DNA from: Peptococcaceae bacterium
Lineage (GTDB): Bacteria; Bacillota; Peptococcia; Peptococcales; Peptococcaceae
Length of the DNA stretch: 64,000 nucleotides
NCBI GenBank assembly: GCA_017547685.1
Contig: JAFYPD010000028.1
Location: 2,009 to 66,008, forward strand
Direction: 5' to 3'
Each line of letters starts with the position of its first letter. Position 1 is the stretch's first letter. The notes under the pieces were generated by a model. It had not been told where the DNA came from and searched no databases. It saw only the letters and a program-made list of their open reading frames with translations. A program made the position numbers and the translations under genes. Of the stretch, positions 1-8,050 are shown one piece after another.

Positions 1-1498
1 TGAATGCAGCTTTGATTCTCTCATAATCGCCAGTGAAGTCCAGATACAGTGCAGGCATCTGGTCAAAGTAGATACCCATTGCACCGTAGTATTCAGCATT
101 GAATCTGAATACGTCTGCATCCCACAAGTCCGGAGTGTCATAGTTTGTGTGATACAGTTTGTTGTAGAAATCATGTACTGTTTCCTGATCTTCCTGCAGC
201 AGGAATCCATTGATTACAGTAGGAACACCTGCCAGATAGTATGAGAAGTCATCGGAGTAAGTATATGCCTGATAGCCTTCTGTCTTAACGCCTTCGGAGT
301 AGATACTCTTGTCAGCAGACAGTGGATATGTGTTGGAGTAGAAGTCGATCATGTTGTAGAATGCCGGAGCTGTATTGGAGTATACATATTCAGCGAATTT
401 ATACGCCGGCAGTTCGAAGTTGATGAATGCCAGAGTTGTGCCGATCCATTCCGGGTGCATGTTGTTGATCATTTCCCAAGCACCAACCGTCCAGTCATAC
501 TGAGTACCGTAACCGCCCCATTCTTCTGCACCATGCAGGCAGAATACGATATCGTTTTCAGGGACATAACCGGAGTCTTTCATTGCTTTTGCGATGGTCA
601 GAACTTCCGCAACAGCGCAGTTGTCGTCCTGGAAACCGTAGAAGTGGCAGTCATAGTGAGCACCGAAGATTACTCTGTTTTCGGAGCTCTTACCTTTGAT
701 TGTACCATAAACGTTGTAAGTGATACCGTCACCTTTGTCGGAAGTGATATTGTTAACTGTCAGAGTACCTGTTGCACTACCAACTTTGATTTTTTCCTGA
801 AGTTCTTTTGCATCAGCAGCGCCGATGGAACAAGCAGGGATAGACATTGGAGCACAGATATCATTGGAGTTCAGTGCATCATCTGCGATTTCAGCAAAGC
901 CGCCCGTCTGAGCGAACAGGATCGCTGCAGCGCCCTGATGTTCAGCTTCCAGCATTGGGTAAGTTACCCACCAATCAGCTCTTTGATTTACATCCGCCAA
1001 TACGATCTTGCCTTTTACGTCTAGGCCTTCGTATTCAGCAGCTGTTCCTGTGCCAACATATACGATTTCGCTAGTGATGCCGTCTGCATCCGTCCCTCTC
1101 GCTTCATAAGAATATACTTTGTATTCTTTGCCGTCGATTACCAGACTAGCGCCTCTTGCATCGAAGATGTCACATGGAGCACCTTCCTTTTGAACATCCT
1201 CAAGACCGAGATCCTTCATAACACCTACCAGATAGTCCGCAGCCTTATGTTCTGCTTCGGAACCTGCATTTCTGCCGCCCAAGTCCGGAGTAGAAAAGTA
1301 TTCAGGGTTAGTTGAAAGTTCATAAGCGATTTCATAGCCATAATCAGTATCGATGTTTCCAATAAATCCATCATACATTGCCTGCAGTTCATCAGGAATC
1401 GCATACGCTCCGTTATCATAAGTTCCGTCATCGCCACAGCCAGTCAGGCAAAGCGCCAGCAGCAAAACAGCTGCCAGCAAAGTCATCATTTTTTTCAT
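1..1498 (-). CDS. Lipoprotein, PA-domain/M28-family aminopeptidase (C-terminal end beyond window edge)
   Basis: Not in the ORF track because there is no stop in the window. In the stretches I translated by hand (positions 2-58, ~481-540 and 1381-1498) the minus frame is open from ATG 1498 (GGAGG at 1506-1510); the rest was not checked. The N-terminus MKKMMTLLAAVLLLALCLTGCGDD is a signal peptide plus lipobox. LHGAEEWGGYGTQYDW at ~490-540 matches the M28 metal-ligand GAEE motif. The + ORFs 455..1024 and 847..1074 are antisense shadows. Confidence 0.7.
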   Translation of the reverse strand, partial: MKKMMTLLAAVLLLALCLTGCGDDGTYDNGAYAIPDELQAMYDGFIGNIDTDYGYEIAYELSTNPEYFSTPDLGGRNAGSEAEHKAADYLVGVMKDLGLEDVQKEGAPCDIFDARGASLVIDGKEYKVYSYEARGTDADGITSEIVYVGTGTAAEYEGLDVKGKIVLADVNQRADWWVTYPMLEAEHQGAAAILFAQTGGFAEIADDALNSNDICAPMSIPACSIGAADAKELQEKIKVGSATGTLTVNNITSDKGDGITYNVYGTIKGKSSENRVIFGAHYDCHFYGFQDDNCAVAEVLTIAKAMKDSGYVPENDIVFCLHGAEEWGGYGTQYDWTVGAWEMINNMHPEWIGTTLAFINFELPAYKFAEYVYSNTAPAFYNMIDFYSNTYPLSADKSIYSEGVKTEGYQAYTYSDDFSYYLAGVPTVINGFLLQEDQETVHDFYNKLYHTNYDTPDLWDADVFRFNAEYYGAMGIYFDQMPALYLDFTGDYERIKAAF

Positions 1499-1612
1499 TG
1501 TAATTCCTCCTTGTTTTCTATCTCAACTGCTTTTGCAGAATGAGTACATTATGATTTTTTATTTTTCTTTCTAACTTCACTCAGTCGCTTTCTGTCCTCG
1601 TTGTCAATAAAG

Positions 1613-1862
1613 TTACTGATCAGAAGCAATGCCTGTGTTCTTCTGAATCTTCTTCAGTTCCTGCTGCATATTCTTGCGCAGCTTCAAATCCAAAGCGCCC
1701 AGAGGTTCGTCCAGCAGCAGAACCTGTGGTAGTCTTGCCGCAGCCGGACGGGCCAAGCAAAGTGATGAACTCATTATCGTGAATGTCCAGGCTGATACAG
1801 TCCAACACCGTTTCATCTCCAAAAGATTTGGAGATATTGCGTAGCGCAATTATCTTTTTCAT
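1613..1862 (-). pseudogene. Collapsed ABC-transporter ATPase remnant (PotA-like)
   Basis: ATG 1862 is preceded by AAAGGAG. It encodes [45 protein letters not shown] (Walker A). Three codons later, in another frame, comes [32 protein letters not shown] (Walker B/D-loop) followed by a stop. The Q-loop, LSGGQ signature and H-loop are absent. Confidence 0.75.
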
Positions 1863-2407
1863 TCTCTTTGCTCCTTTTTTCTTTGCTGCATAAGTCAGCA
1901 CAATTCCGAAAAGAGCACAAAAAAAGTGGCATGTCACTTCCGCAGCATGCCACTCGTAAAAATCATATGATAAAGATTGTCCAATTCGAAAATCCCCCCC
2001 TCCTATATCCGCCAATGGCGTAGAAAAGAGAGAAAGGGTACAAATAGATTCAATACCCCCACCCATAATGGCAGCGATACTGTACTGGAATCAACCGGAA
2101 TCACAATTAGATCAGAGTCTATATAGCAAAGATACTTTTACTACTCTTATTGATCATTTCACAAGTTCATGCCTGAGGCACTTTCGGTTATAAAGTAACC
2201 AACTTATAAAACTGAGCTTTTAACTCAACCAATAAGGCAACAGAAGTTGCCAACTGCCTTTACGCAGTTTGCGGCTTTTGACCCGGCTGTCCGTATGGCC
2301 TTAGCCGATGAATCATCGGCGGTCAAAAATCTTGCTTCGGAAACACTGTTCCAATTGAGATCCTGTTAAGGATACAACAAATTACTGAAAAAGTCAATAG
2401 CAGACAT

Positions 2408-2446
2408 ATCGCCCGCAGGATTTCTCCCACGGGCGATGATTTTTTA
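2408..2446 (+). terminator. Stem-loop plus T-run (orphan intrinsic-terminator-like hairpin)
   Basis: atcgcccg (2408-2415) pairs with cgggcgat (2430-2437) and is followed by gattttttt. No intact + strand gene lies upstream. Confidence 0.4.
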
Positions 2447-2451
2447 GCTAT

Positions 2452-2727
2452 CTAAAGGCTTGTACGCTGCCACTTTCCTTCCTGCTTTTCCTGCACCACA
2501 TATTTCTGTGCTGCTGTCACCAGCGCCTGATAATCCTCACGCTCTACAGCCATCTTGAACGTCAGTGAAAGGGCTTTGCTTCGATCTGCTCCACAGCCTG
2601 GATAGAAACCTGTTTCTGCTGAACACGCTCAATGGTTTGCTCCAATGCGGTAAGTTTCTCTTTGCGTTTTTCTCGCTTAAATTCCAGAACATTCAAATGC
2701 TCTTTGTGTTCGCCCTTTTGCTCCCAC
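2452..2727 (-). pseudogene. Frameshifted C-terminal remnant of a Mob/Pre (MobV-type) plasmid recombination/relaxase protein
   Basis: Two minus frames read EWEQKGEHKEHLNVLEFKREKRKEKLTALEQTIERVQQKQVSIQAVEQIEAKPFH* and LTFKMAVEREDYQALVTAAQKYVVQEKQEGKWQRTSL*. A coiled coil followed by an AKP...V..EDY..L..AA motif is what I remember from the C-terminal part of Mob_Pre proteins. There is no start codon and no N-terminal relaxase domain. Confidence 0.35.
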
Positions 2728-2830
2728 TCAGTAATTGCACAGCCGCGGCATAGTAATCTCGCCGATGCCGAAGATTTCGTGTTTCACCTGCTCGCCGGAG
2801 GCCACGCATAGTATTGTTTCGCCTTGCACC
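2728..2830 (-). pseudogene. Orphan duplicate of the uxaA 3' end (last ~30 codons plus stop)
   Basis: Translates to GETILCVASGEQVKHEIFGIGEITMPRLCNY*, compared with the intact gene end GEALLQMILRVASGELVKHEIFGIGEIAMPRLCNYC* at 3965-4075. About 74/80 nt are identical over 2729-2808 vs 3969-4048 by hand alignment. An in-frame stop lies immediately upstream of the fragment. Confidence 0.8.
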
Positions 2831-2968
2831 AACTGTTAAAATGTGGTATTCTATACACAGGAACGACAAGGTACAAATCATTACATTCATCACACCCTAT
2901 ACACAGCAGGCTTTCACACAACCATAACAGCACTTCCTTAAAATATCACAATTTCAGGAGGAATGTTT

Positions 2969-3889
2969 ATGTCAGACCATGCAAACAGAACTTACAAAGA
3001 CAGCGTGTTTTCAAAGTATTTTCGGGAAAACAAAGAAGGGCTTGTGGAACTCTTTAACGCCATTGAAGGAACCAGTTATCCGCTCGACACACCAGTAGTA
3101 GTAGAGACGCTGGAGGATGTACTATACAAGGAAAAAATCAACGATTTATCCTTTCGGCTGAATGAGCAGATACTGGTGCTGATAGAACATCAGTCAACAA
3201 TTAATGAAAATATGGCATTGCGTTTACTAATGTACGTGGCAAGGCTGTATGAAAAGCTGCTGAACCAGTGGGAAAAACGAGTTATGTATGAGGAAAGGCG
3301 GATTTTAATTCCGACACCAAAATTTGTGGTACTATATAACAGCAAAGCACCTTATCCGGAACATAGTGAACAATATTTATCCCAGTCATTTCTGGTAAAA
3401 GAGGATTACCCGGCACTAGAGTTGAAGGTAGATGTATATAATATTAATTATGGAGAAAATAACAAACTGCTGCAGAAAAGTAAACATCTGAATGATTACA
3501 GTCTATTTATTCATGCAATAAATCAGGAGTATACAGCCGGTAAACCTCTGACTGATGCAATTAAAGAAGCAATATCTTATTGTATTGAGCACGATATTAT
3601 GGGAAAATTTCTGCAAAAGAACGGAAGCGAGGTGCGAAACATGCTGATTGGTGAATGGAAAACGGAAGAAGCTATGGAATATATCGAGAAAAAAGCAAAA
3701 AAAGAAGGAGAAAAACTCGGTCGTACAGAAGAACGCGAAAAACTGATTCGTGCGTTCAGTGATTTGCTGACACCGGAACAGATTGCAGAAAAACTGCAGC
3801 TACCGGTAGAATCTATACTGGCAATTCTGCAAAATGCCACTGTGGTTGCAGAGCCGGAAGTATCTTACGAAGCAAAGAAAACAGAATAA
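2969..3889 (+). CDS. Rpn-family recombination-promoting nuclease / putative transposase (PD-(D/E)XK, YhgA-like)
   Basis: N-terminus MSDHANRTYKDSVFSKYFRENKEGLVELFNAI... and LVLIEHQSTINENMALRLLMYVARLYEKLL (E-x-Q nuclease core) are typical of the family. AGGAGG at 2956-2961 favours ATG 2969 over the track start 2963. Confidence 0.8.
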   Translation: MSDHANRTYKDSVFSKYFRENKEGLVELFNAIEGTSYPLDTPVVVETLEDVLYKEKINDLSFRLNEQILVLIEHQSTINENMALRLLMYVARLYEKLLNQWEKRVMYEERRILIPTPKFVVLYNSKAPYPEHSEQYLSQSFLVKEDYPALELKVDVYNINYGENNKLLQKSKHLNDYSLFIHAINQEYTAGKPLTDAIKEAISYCIEHDIMGKFLQKNGSEVRNMLIGEWKTEEAMEYIEKKAKKEGEKLGRTEEREKLIRAFSDLLTPEQIAEKLQLPVESILAILQNATVVAEPEVSYEAKKTE

Positions 3890-3895
3890 CGCTAC

Positions 3896-3951
3896 AAAAA
3901 CAACCCTCCTCTGCCCTGTCAGACTGACAACGCAAGGAGGGTTTTGTTTTT
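3896..3951. terminator. Bidirectional intrinsic terminator between the Rpn gene (+) and uxaA (-)
   Basis: aaaaacaaccctcct ... aggagggttttgttttt, a GC-rich stem flanked by an A-run and a T-run, placed between convergent stop codons at 3889 and 3965. Confidence 0.7.
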
Positions 3952-3964
3952 ACATATAGTTTAG

Positions 3965-5143
3965 TTAACAGTAATTGCACAGCCGCGGCATGGCAATCTC
4001 GCCGATGCCGAAAATTTCGTGTTTTACCAGCTCGCCGGAGGCCACGCGCAGAATCATCTGCAGCAGAGCTTCGCCCAGTTCTGCTATGGTCTGTTCCTGC
4101 CTTAGCGACGGGCTTGTGTCAAAGTCGATAAAGTCTTCCATCCAGGATGCGGTATGTTCGTTGCCAGTCAGTTTCAGCACCGGTGCAACGGGGTTGCCGC
4201 TGGGGGTTCCCCTTCCTGTGCTGAAGATGGTCAGCTGGGCACCGCCCGCTGTCATCTCGGCCACGGAACACACATCATAAGCGCAGGTATCCATCACCAC
4301 CGTACCTTTGGTATTCACCCTGTCGCAGGACTGCAGCACAGCCTGAATGGGCCGGGTGCCTGCCTTGTGAATGCAGCCCAGTGATTTCTCTTCCAGCGTG
4401 GTAATGCCGCCTGCCTTGTTGCCCTGCGACGGGTTGCCGCTGCGGATATTCTCACCCAAATCGATAAATTTCTGCTCACAGCGGGCCACAATGTCTAAAA
4501 TCTGCTGGCCGATTTCGTCTGTTGCGGCCTGTTTTGCCAGCACCTTCTCCGCACCCACAAACTCCGGCGTTTCACTGATAATGGATGTTGCGCCCAAATC
4601 TGCCAGGCGGTCGCACACATAGCCAATCACCAGATTGGCTGATAAACCCGATGTGGGGTCAGAGCCGCCGCAGTTGGTGCCCACAATCAAATCGGATATC
4701 GGGCACGGCACCCGGCTGCACTGTGCCGCCTGAGCAATCAATTCGCCGGCCAGCCGCTTCCCTTCGGCCACGGTGCGTTTCACACCGCCGCACTGCTGAA
4801 TCTCCACCGCTTCCACCGGTTTATCGGTCTGCAGCCGAATGGCTTCTTTCACAATCTCCCACTGCAGCTGTTCACAGCCCAGGCCAACCAGCAGCACACC
4901 GTACACATTGGGATTTGCCGCCAGCCCGGCCAGCAGTTTTAAGGTCATTGCTCTATCGCCAGCCACCTGTCCGCAGCCGTTCTGGTTATGGATGCCCACT
5001 GCACCGGGCAGATTGCGGGTAATCATTTCTGCCACATCACTGGAACAGGCGCAGGTTGGAATTACCAGCACATGATTGCGCACGCCCGCGCGGCCATCGG
5101 TCCGCCGATACCCCATAAAAGTAAACGCATCCTGTTTTTCCAT
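3965..5143 (-). CDS. uxaA: UxaA-family (altronate/galactarate-type) dehydratase, large catalytic subunit
   Basis: 392-aa ORF. MGYRRTDGRAGVRNHVLVIPTCACS..., GLGCEQ and GTNCGGSDPTSGLSANL are characteristic of the UxaA C-terminal domain. Confidence 0.85.
   Translation of the reverse strand: MEKQDAFTFMGYRRTDGRAGVRNHVLVIPTCACSSDVAEMITRNLPGAVGIHNQNGCGQVAGDRAMTLKLLAGLAANPNVYGVLLVGLGCEQLQWEIVKEAIRLQTDKPVEAVEIQQCGGVKRTVAEGKRLAGELIAQAAQCSRVPCPISDLIVGTNCGGSDPTSGLSANLVIGYVCDRLADLGATSIISETPEFVGAEKVLAKQAATDEIGQQILDIVARCEQKFIDLGENIRSGNPSQGNKAGGITTLEEKSLGCIHKAGTRPIQAVLQSCDRVNTKGTVVMDTCAYDVCSVAEMTAGGAQLTIFSTGRGTPSGNPVAPVLKLTGNEHTASWMEDFIDFDTSPSLRQEQTIAELGEALLQMILRVASGELVKHEIFGIGEIAMPRLCNYC
3969..4075. repeat. 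Direct-repeat partner (functional copy) of fragment 2728-2830
   Basis: See the hand alignment with 2728-2830; same orientation, 1241 bp apart. Confidence 0.8.
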
Positions 5144-5427
5144 TACGCCTCTCCTCCTTCCGGCGGTTCACTGTCGGCATTGTGGGTATGCACCCACTGC
5201 CCGGCAGCAATATCTGCTGCGGCATAGCCCATAGGCTGCCCGTATTTATAAATTATCTCTCCCCGCTTCATGGCCCGTCTTGCGATTTTGTGATACTGCG
5301 GAATATCCTCCAGCGCTGTGATATCTTCCGTGCCCGTACTTGCCGTTTCACCGGCCTGTACTGCCTCCAGAACGGTCAGCACAGTATCGTTATCTTCTAT
5401 CCGCACAGCTTTCTTTTTTGCCGTCAT
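5143..5427 (-). CDS. SAF-domain protein, split N-terminal subunit of the UxaA-family dehydratase
   Basis: 94 aa. The pattern ...DIPQYHKIARRAMKRGEIIYKYGQPMGYAAADIAAGQWVHTHN is the SAF/UxaA N-terminal pattern. The stop overlaps the uxaA start by 1 nt. Confidence 0.75.
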   Translation of the reverse strand: MTAKKKAVRIEDNDTVLTVLEAVQAGETASTGTEDITALEDIPQYHKIARRAMKRGEIIYKYGQPMGYAAADIAAGQWVHTHNADSEPPEGGEA

Positions 5428-5442
5428 ACATACACCCCTTTA

Positions 5443-5480
5443 CAAAAAACTGCTCCTCTCAATTTTGATAAGAGCAGCAG
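5443..5480 (-). terminator. Weak hairpin plus U-run immediately upstream of the SAF/uxaA RBS (possible attenuator)
   Basis: The minus strand reads ctgctgctcttatcaaaattgagaggagcag followed by ttttttg. The RBS AAGGGG and ATG 5427 follow directly after. Confidence 0.3.
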
Positions 5481-5585
5481 CTTTTCTGTTATTGCCTGTT
5501 ATTAATGCGATGTTGTTATTATCATGTTATTTTTTATAATAGTCTGCCAGCTTGCGGAAGGCTTACAGTAAGAAATACTGTATTT

Positions 5586-6131
5586 TTACGCCAGCGGCAG
5601 GTTTTGTTCCACAGCAGCATCTAAAGCTTTCAGGGTCAGCGTATTGTTTTCCAGCAGCAGATAGCCTCTTGTGCTTTCCTGTTTTGGCAGTGTGACCGAG
5701 CCCGGATTTGCCAGAATATAATCGCCTCTGTCCTCCAGCACCGGGATATGGGTGTGCCCGTGCAGCAGCACGTCCCCCGGCTGCAGCATCGGCAGTGCAG
5801 TTTCATTGTAATGATGCCCGTGGGTGGCAAAAATCATTCGGTTACCGGCCGATAAAATGCAGTAATCGGCCATGATTGGAAACTCCAGCATCATCTGGTC
5901 TACCTCGCCGTCGCAATTGCCTCTCACACATAAAATCTGCCGTTTCCGCGCATTCAGCATAGCCGCCACAGCCTTCGGGTCGTATTCTTCCGGCAGCGGA
6001 TTGCGCGGCCCGTGATACAGAAGATCCCCCAGCAATAACAATTTGTCCGCCTGTTCCGCATCAAAAGCTTCCAGCAGTTTGCGGCAGTACAGCGCCGAGC
6101 CGTGAATGTCCGATGCAATCATTATTTTCAT
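5586..6131 (-). CDS. yfcE: YfcE-type metallophosphoesterase (MJ0936 family phosphodiesterase)
   Basis: Carries MKIMIASDIHGS, LLLLGDLLYHGPRN, GNCD and THGH/HGHTH metal-ligand motifs. Confidence 0.85.
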   Translation of the reverse strand: MKIMIASDIHGSALYCRKLLEAFDAEQADKLLLLGDLLYHGPRNPLPEEYDPKAVAAMLNARKRQILCVRGNCDGEVDQMMLEFPIMADYCILSAGNRMIFATHGHHYNETALPMLQPGDVLLHGHTHIPVLEDRGDYILANPGSVTLPKQESTRGYLLLENNTLTLKALDAAVEQNLPLA

Positions 6132-6146
6132 TGTGCAGCACTCCTT

Positions 6147-6887
6147 TTATAACTCCATCTGTTTGAGAAAATCCCTGCTCTTTAACCTCCAGTTCAGCAC
6201 CTGCTGCAGCTGCAGCTCCATATACTGTTCCAGCGACTGCCGCCCATCCCTGCTGATGTATACCCAGCCCAGTTTATGCATCGGTATATTATCCAGCGCT
6301 TTCAGCACCGTTATCCCTTCCTGCGTCAGCACAGCACCGCTCTGCTGCCCATGGCTGCATAAATGGCAAAGCACACCGCCCTGCACACCGTAATAGCGTT
6401 CTCCGTGCAGCGGGGTACCGCATTGCAGGCAATGATTCAGCTGCAGGCCGTAGCCCTGCAGTTCCAGCAGGCGCACTTCCAGATGGCGCACAGCCAGCCA
6501 CGGATTGATATGTTCCAGCAGATACATGGTCTGCAGAATCAGTAAAAACAGCGCTTCATCCGGCTGGCTCTCGGCAATGACCTGATCCAGCAGTTCAGCC
6601 GCATAACCGGCATAACTCATGCGGGCAAAATCGCTGCGAAGCGACGGAAAGGCCGTCTCTGTGGACGCACCGGTCACCACAGGGAACGCTTTGCCGGCTG
6701 TCAGCACCAGACTGGTGTGACTGAACAGCAGAATTCCGCTGCGCAGTTTGCTGGCCGTTTTTTTCACGCCGCGCGCCTGCACGGTTATTTTGCCCTGCTC
6801 ACGGGTATACACCGTAAGCAGCTGGTCTGCCTCTTTATAATCTCTGCTGCGCAGAATAACACCGTTCACATGCTGATACTGTTCCAC
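6147..6887 (-). CDS. recO: DNA repair protein RecO
   Basis: GVILRSRDYKEADQLLTVYTREQGKITVQARGVKK OB-fold N-terminus, plus a C-terminal CLQCG...CHLC zinc motif. GTG start at 6887. Confidence 0.9.
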   Translation of the reverse strand: MEQYQHVNGVILRSRDYKEADQLLTVYTREQGKITVQARGVKKTASKLRSGILLFSHTSLVLTAGKAFPVVTGASTETAFPSLRSDFARMSYAGYAAELLDQVIAESQPDEALFLLILQTMYLLEHINPWLAVRHLEVRLLELQGYGLQLNHCLQCGTPLHGERYYGVQGGVLCHLCSHGQQSGAVLTQEGITVLKALDNIPMHKLGWVYISRDGRQSLEQYMELQLQQVLNWRLKSRDFLKQMEL

Positions 6888-6987
6888 CTGGTTCCTCTTC
6901 TTCCTGTTCCAGCTGACAGCCTAACAGATAATAGCCAATCTGGCCGTTCTGACGAAATAACTCCCAGCATACCTGCTGCAATTCCAT
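6835..6987 (-). CDS. yqzL: YqzL-like small protein (below the ORF-track size cutoff)
   Basis: Hand-translated ORF (MVG)MELQQVCWELFRQNGQIGYYLLGCQLEQEEEE... The W-x-LF-x-x-(T/N)G-x-I-x-x-YLL pattern and the position directly upstream of recO match Bacillus yqzL. It overlaps the recO 5' end by ~50 nt. The alternative start is ATG 6996. Confidence 0.5.
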   Translation of the reverse strand: MELQQVCWELFRQNGQIGYYLLGCQLEQEEEEPGGTVSACERCYSAQQRL

Positions 6988-7070
6988 ACCGACCATCCTT
7001 TCTGTTCTTTGCTATATCTGTAGTGTCTGTTGCATTTTTTGTTTTATCCAGCCCATTTTTTCCAGAGCAT

Positions 7071-7106
7071 GAAAATTGAAATGATTTCGAACTGGAAATC
7101 ATTTCA
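7071..7106 (-). terminator. Intrinsic terminator after the alarmone-synthetase gene
   Basis: 12-bp perfect stem, tgaaatgatttc (7077-7088) with gaaatcatttca (7095-7106). It lies 13 nt after stop 7119 and is followed by a short T-run on the minus strand. Confidence 0.6.
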
Positions 7107-7118
7107 AACATACTTGCA

Positions 7119-7898
7119 CTATGCTTCTTCGCCTGTTTCCGCCAGGTTCGCATCGGCTGTTTTCGCCATGTTGGCAGCCTGTGCGGCCCGTTCTTCCTCA
7201 CTGAGGTACGGCGTCATTTTATTGCGGATATCCTGCATTTTTTCATCCAGCAGCGCAGCTAAATCGGCACACTGATTCAGGCCAATCAGCACCTGACGCG
7301 GCACCACTTTTCCTTTTTTGTAATACAGCTTGTGTTCCAGGCTGGCCCAGAAATCCATAGCGATGGTGCGAATCTGTACTTCAATGGTCACCAGTTCTGT
7401 TTTGTCTGTCAGAAACACCGGCACCTCCACCAGCAGATGCAGACTGCGGTAGCCGTTGTCTTTCGGATTTTTGATATAATCCTTCACTTCTTTGATGGTT
7501 AAGTCCGCCTGCCCGGCCAGCTTTTCGTAAATTTCATATACATCTTCCACAAAAGAACAAACAACACGGATTCCGCCAATATCATGCAGATTTTCCCGTG
7601 CACTCTGCGCGGATACCGGATATCCCTGCCGAATCAGTTTTTCCACTGTTTTTTTGGGGTTTTTGATCCGGGTTTCAATGTGCTCAATCGGGTTGGATGC
7701 GTGCAGAAAATCATACTCCGCATTGAGAATATTCAGTTTTGTCACAATCTCATCCAGCCCGAATTTATGAATAATAAACAAATACCGCCACTCGTTCAGT
7801 TCTTTACTTTCTTCTACATCAATCAGATCCCGCAGCTGATCCACTTCACTCAGAAAACTTCCATTGCTGTTATCAATTACTACTGACATTTCAGACAC
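7119..7898 (-). CDS. Small alarmone synthetase, RelA/SpoT-domain GTP pyrophosphokinase (RelQ/RelP/YwaC type)
   Basis: ...NPIEHIETRIKNPKKTVEKL..., LHDIGGIRVVCSFVEDVY, YRSLHLLVEVPV and EVQIRTIAMDFWASLEH are the synthetase-domain motifs. There is no hydrolase domain. Confidence 0.85.
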   Translation of the reverse strand: MSEMSVVIDNSNGSFLSEVDQLRDLIDVEESKELNEWRYLFIIHKFGLDEIVTKLNILNAEYDFLHASNPIEHIETRIKNPKKTVEKLIRQGYPVSAQSARENLHDIGGIRVVCSFVEDVYEIYEKLAGQADLTIKEVKDYIKNPKDNGYRSLHLLVEVPVFLTDKTELVTIEVQIRTIAMDFWASLEHKLYYKKGKVVPRQVLIGLNQCADLAALLDEKMQDIRNKMTPYLSEEERAAQAANMAKTADANLAETGEEA

Positions 7899-8050
7899 TC
7901 CTTACTTCTGTTCATCCTTGCAGATCCACTTTTGCTTACAGTGTTTATTTCAACGGAAAGCAATTTCTTTCCTTTACAGTTTATGTTATAATTACTTGCA
8001 TATTCATTATAACACCTTTCAATTGATTATTCCAGAGGGGGTAACTACTT

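Larger units (their letters stand above)
2831..3964 (+). mobile_element. Rpn-gene cassette (promoter region, Rpn CDS, terminator) lying between the two uxaA-3' copies
   Basis: Bounded by direct repeats 2728-2830 and 3969-4075. It contains a single gene of a family annotated as recombination-promoting nuclease/putative transposase. No terminal inverted repeats were seen. Confidence 0.4.

Noticed and set aside
455-1074. + strand ORFs of 189 aa and 75 aa at the left edge
   Set aside because: They are antisense to a minus-strand frame that is open wherever I translated it and carries a lipoprotein signal and M28 motifs. Their own sequences are Cys/Phe/Val-rich with no recognisable motif.
6866-7201. 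111-aa minus-strand ORF spanning the recO / alarmone-synthetase intergenic region
   Set aside because: It runs through a 12-bp-stem terminator, overlaps both neighbouring genes, and has no recognisable motif. The yqzL-like frame explains the coding signal better.
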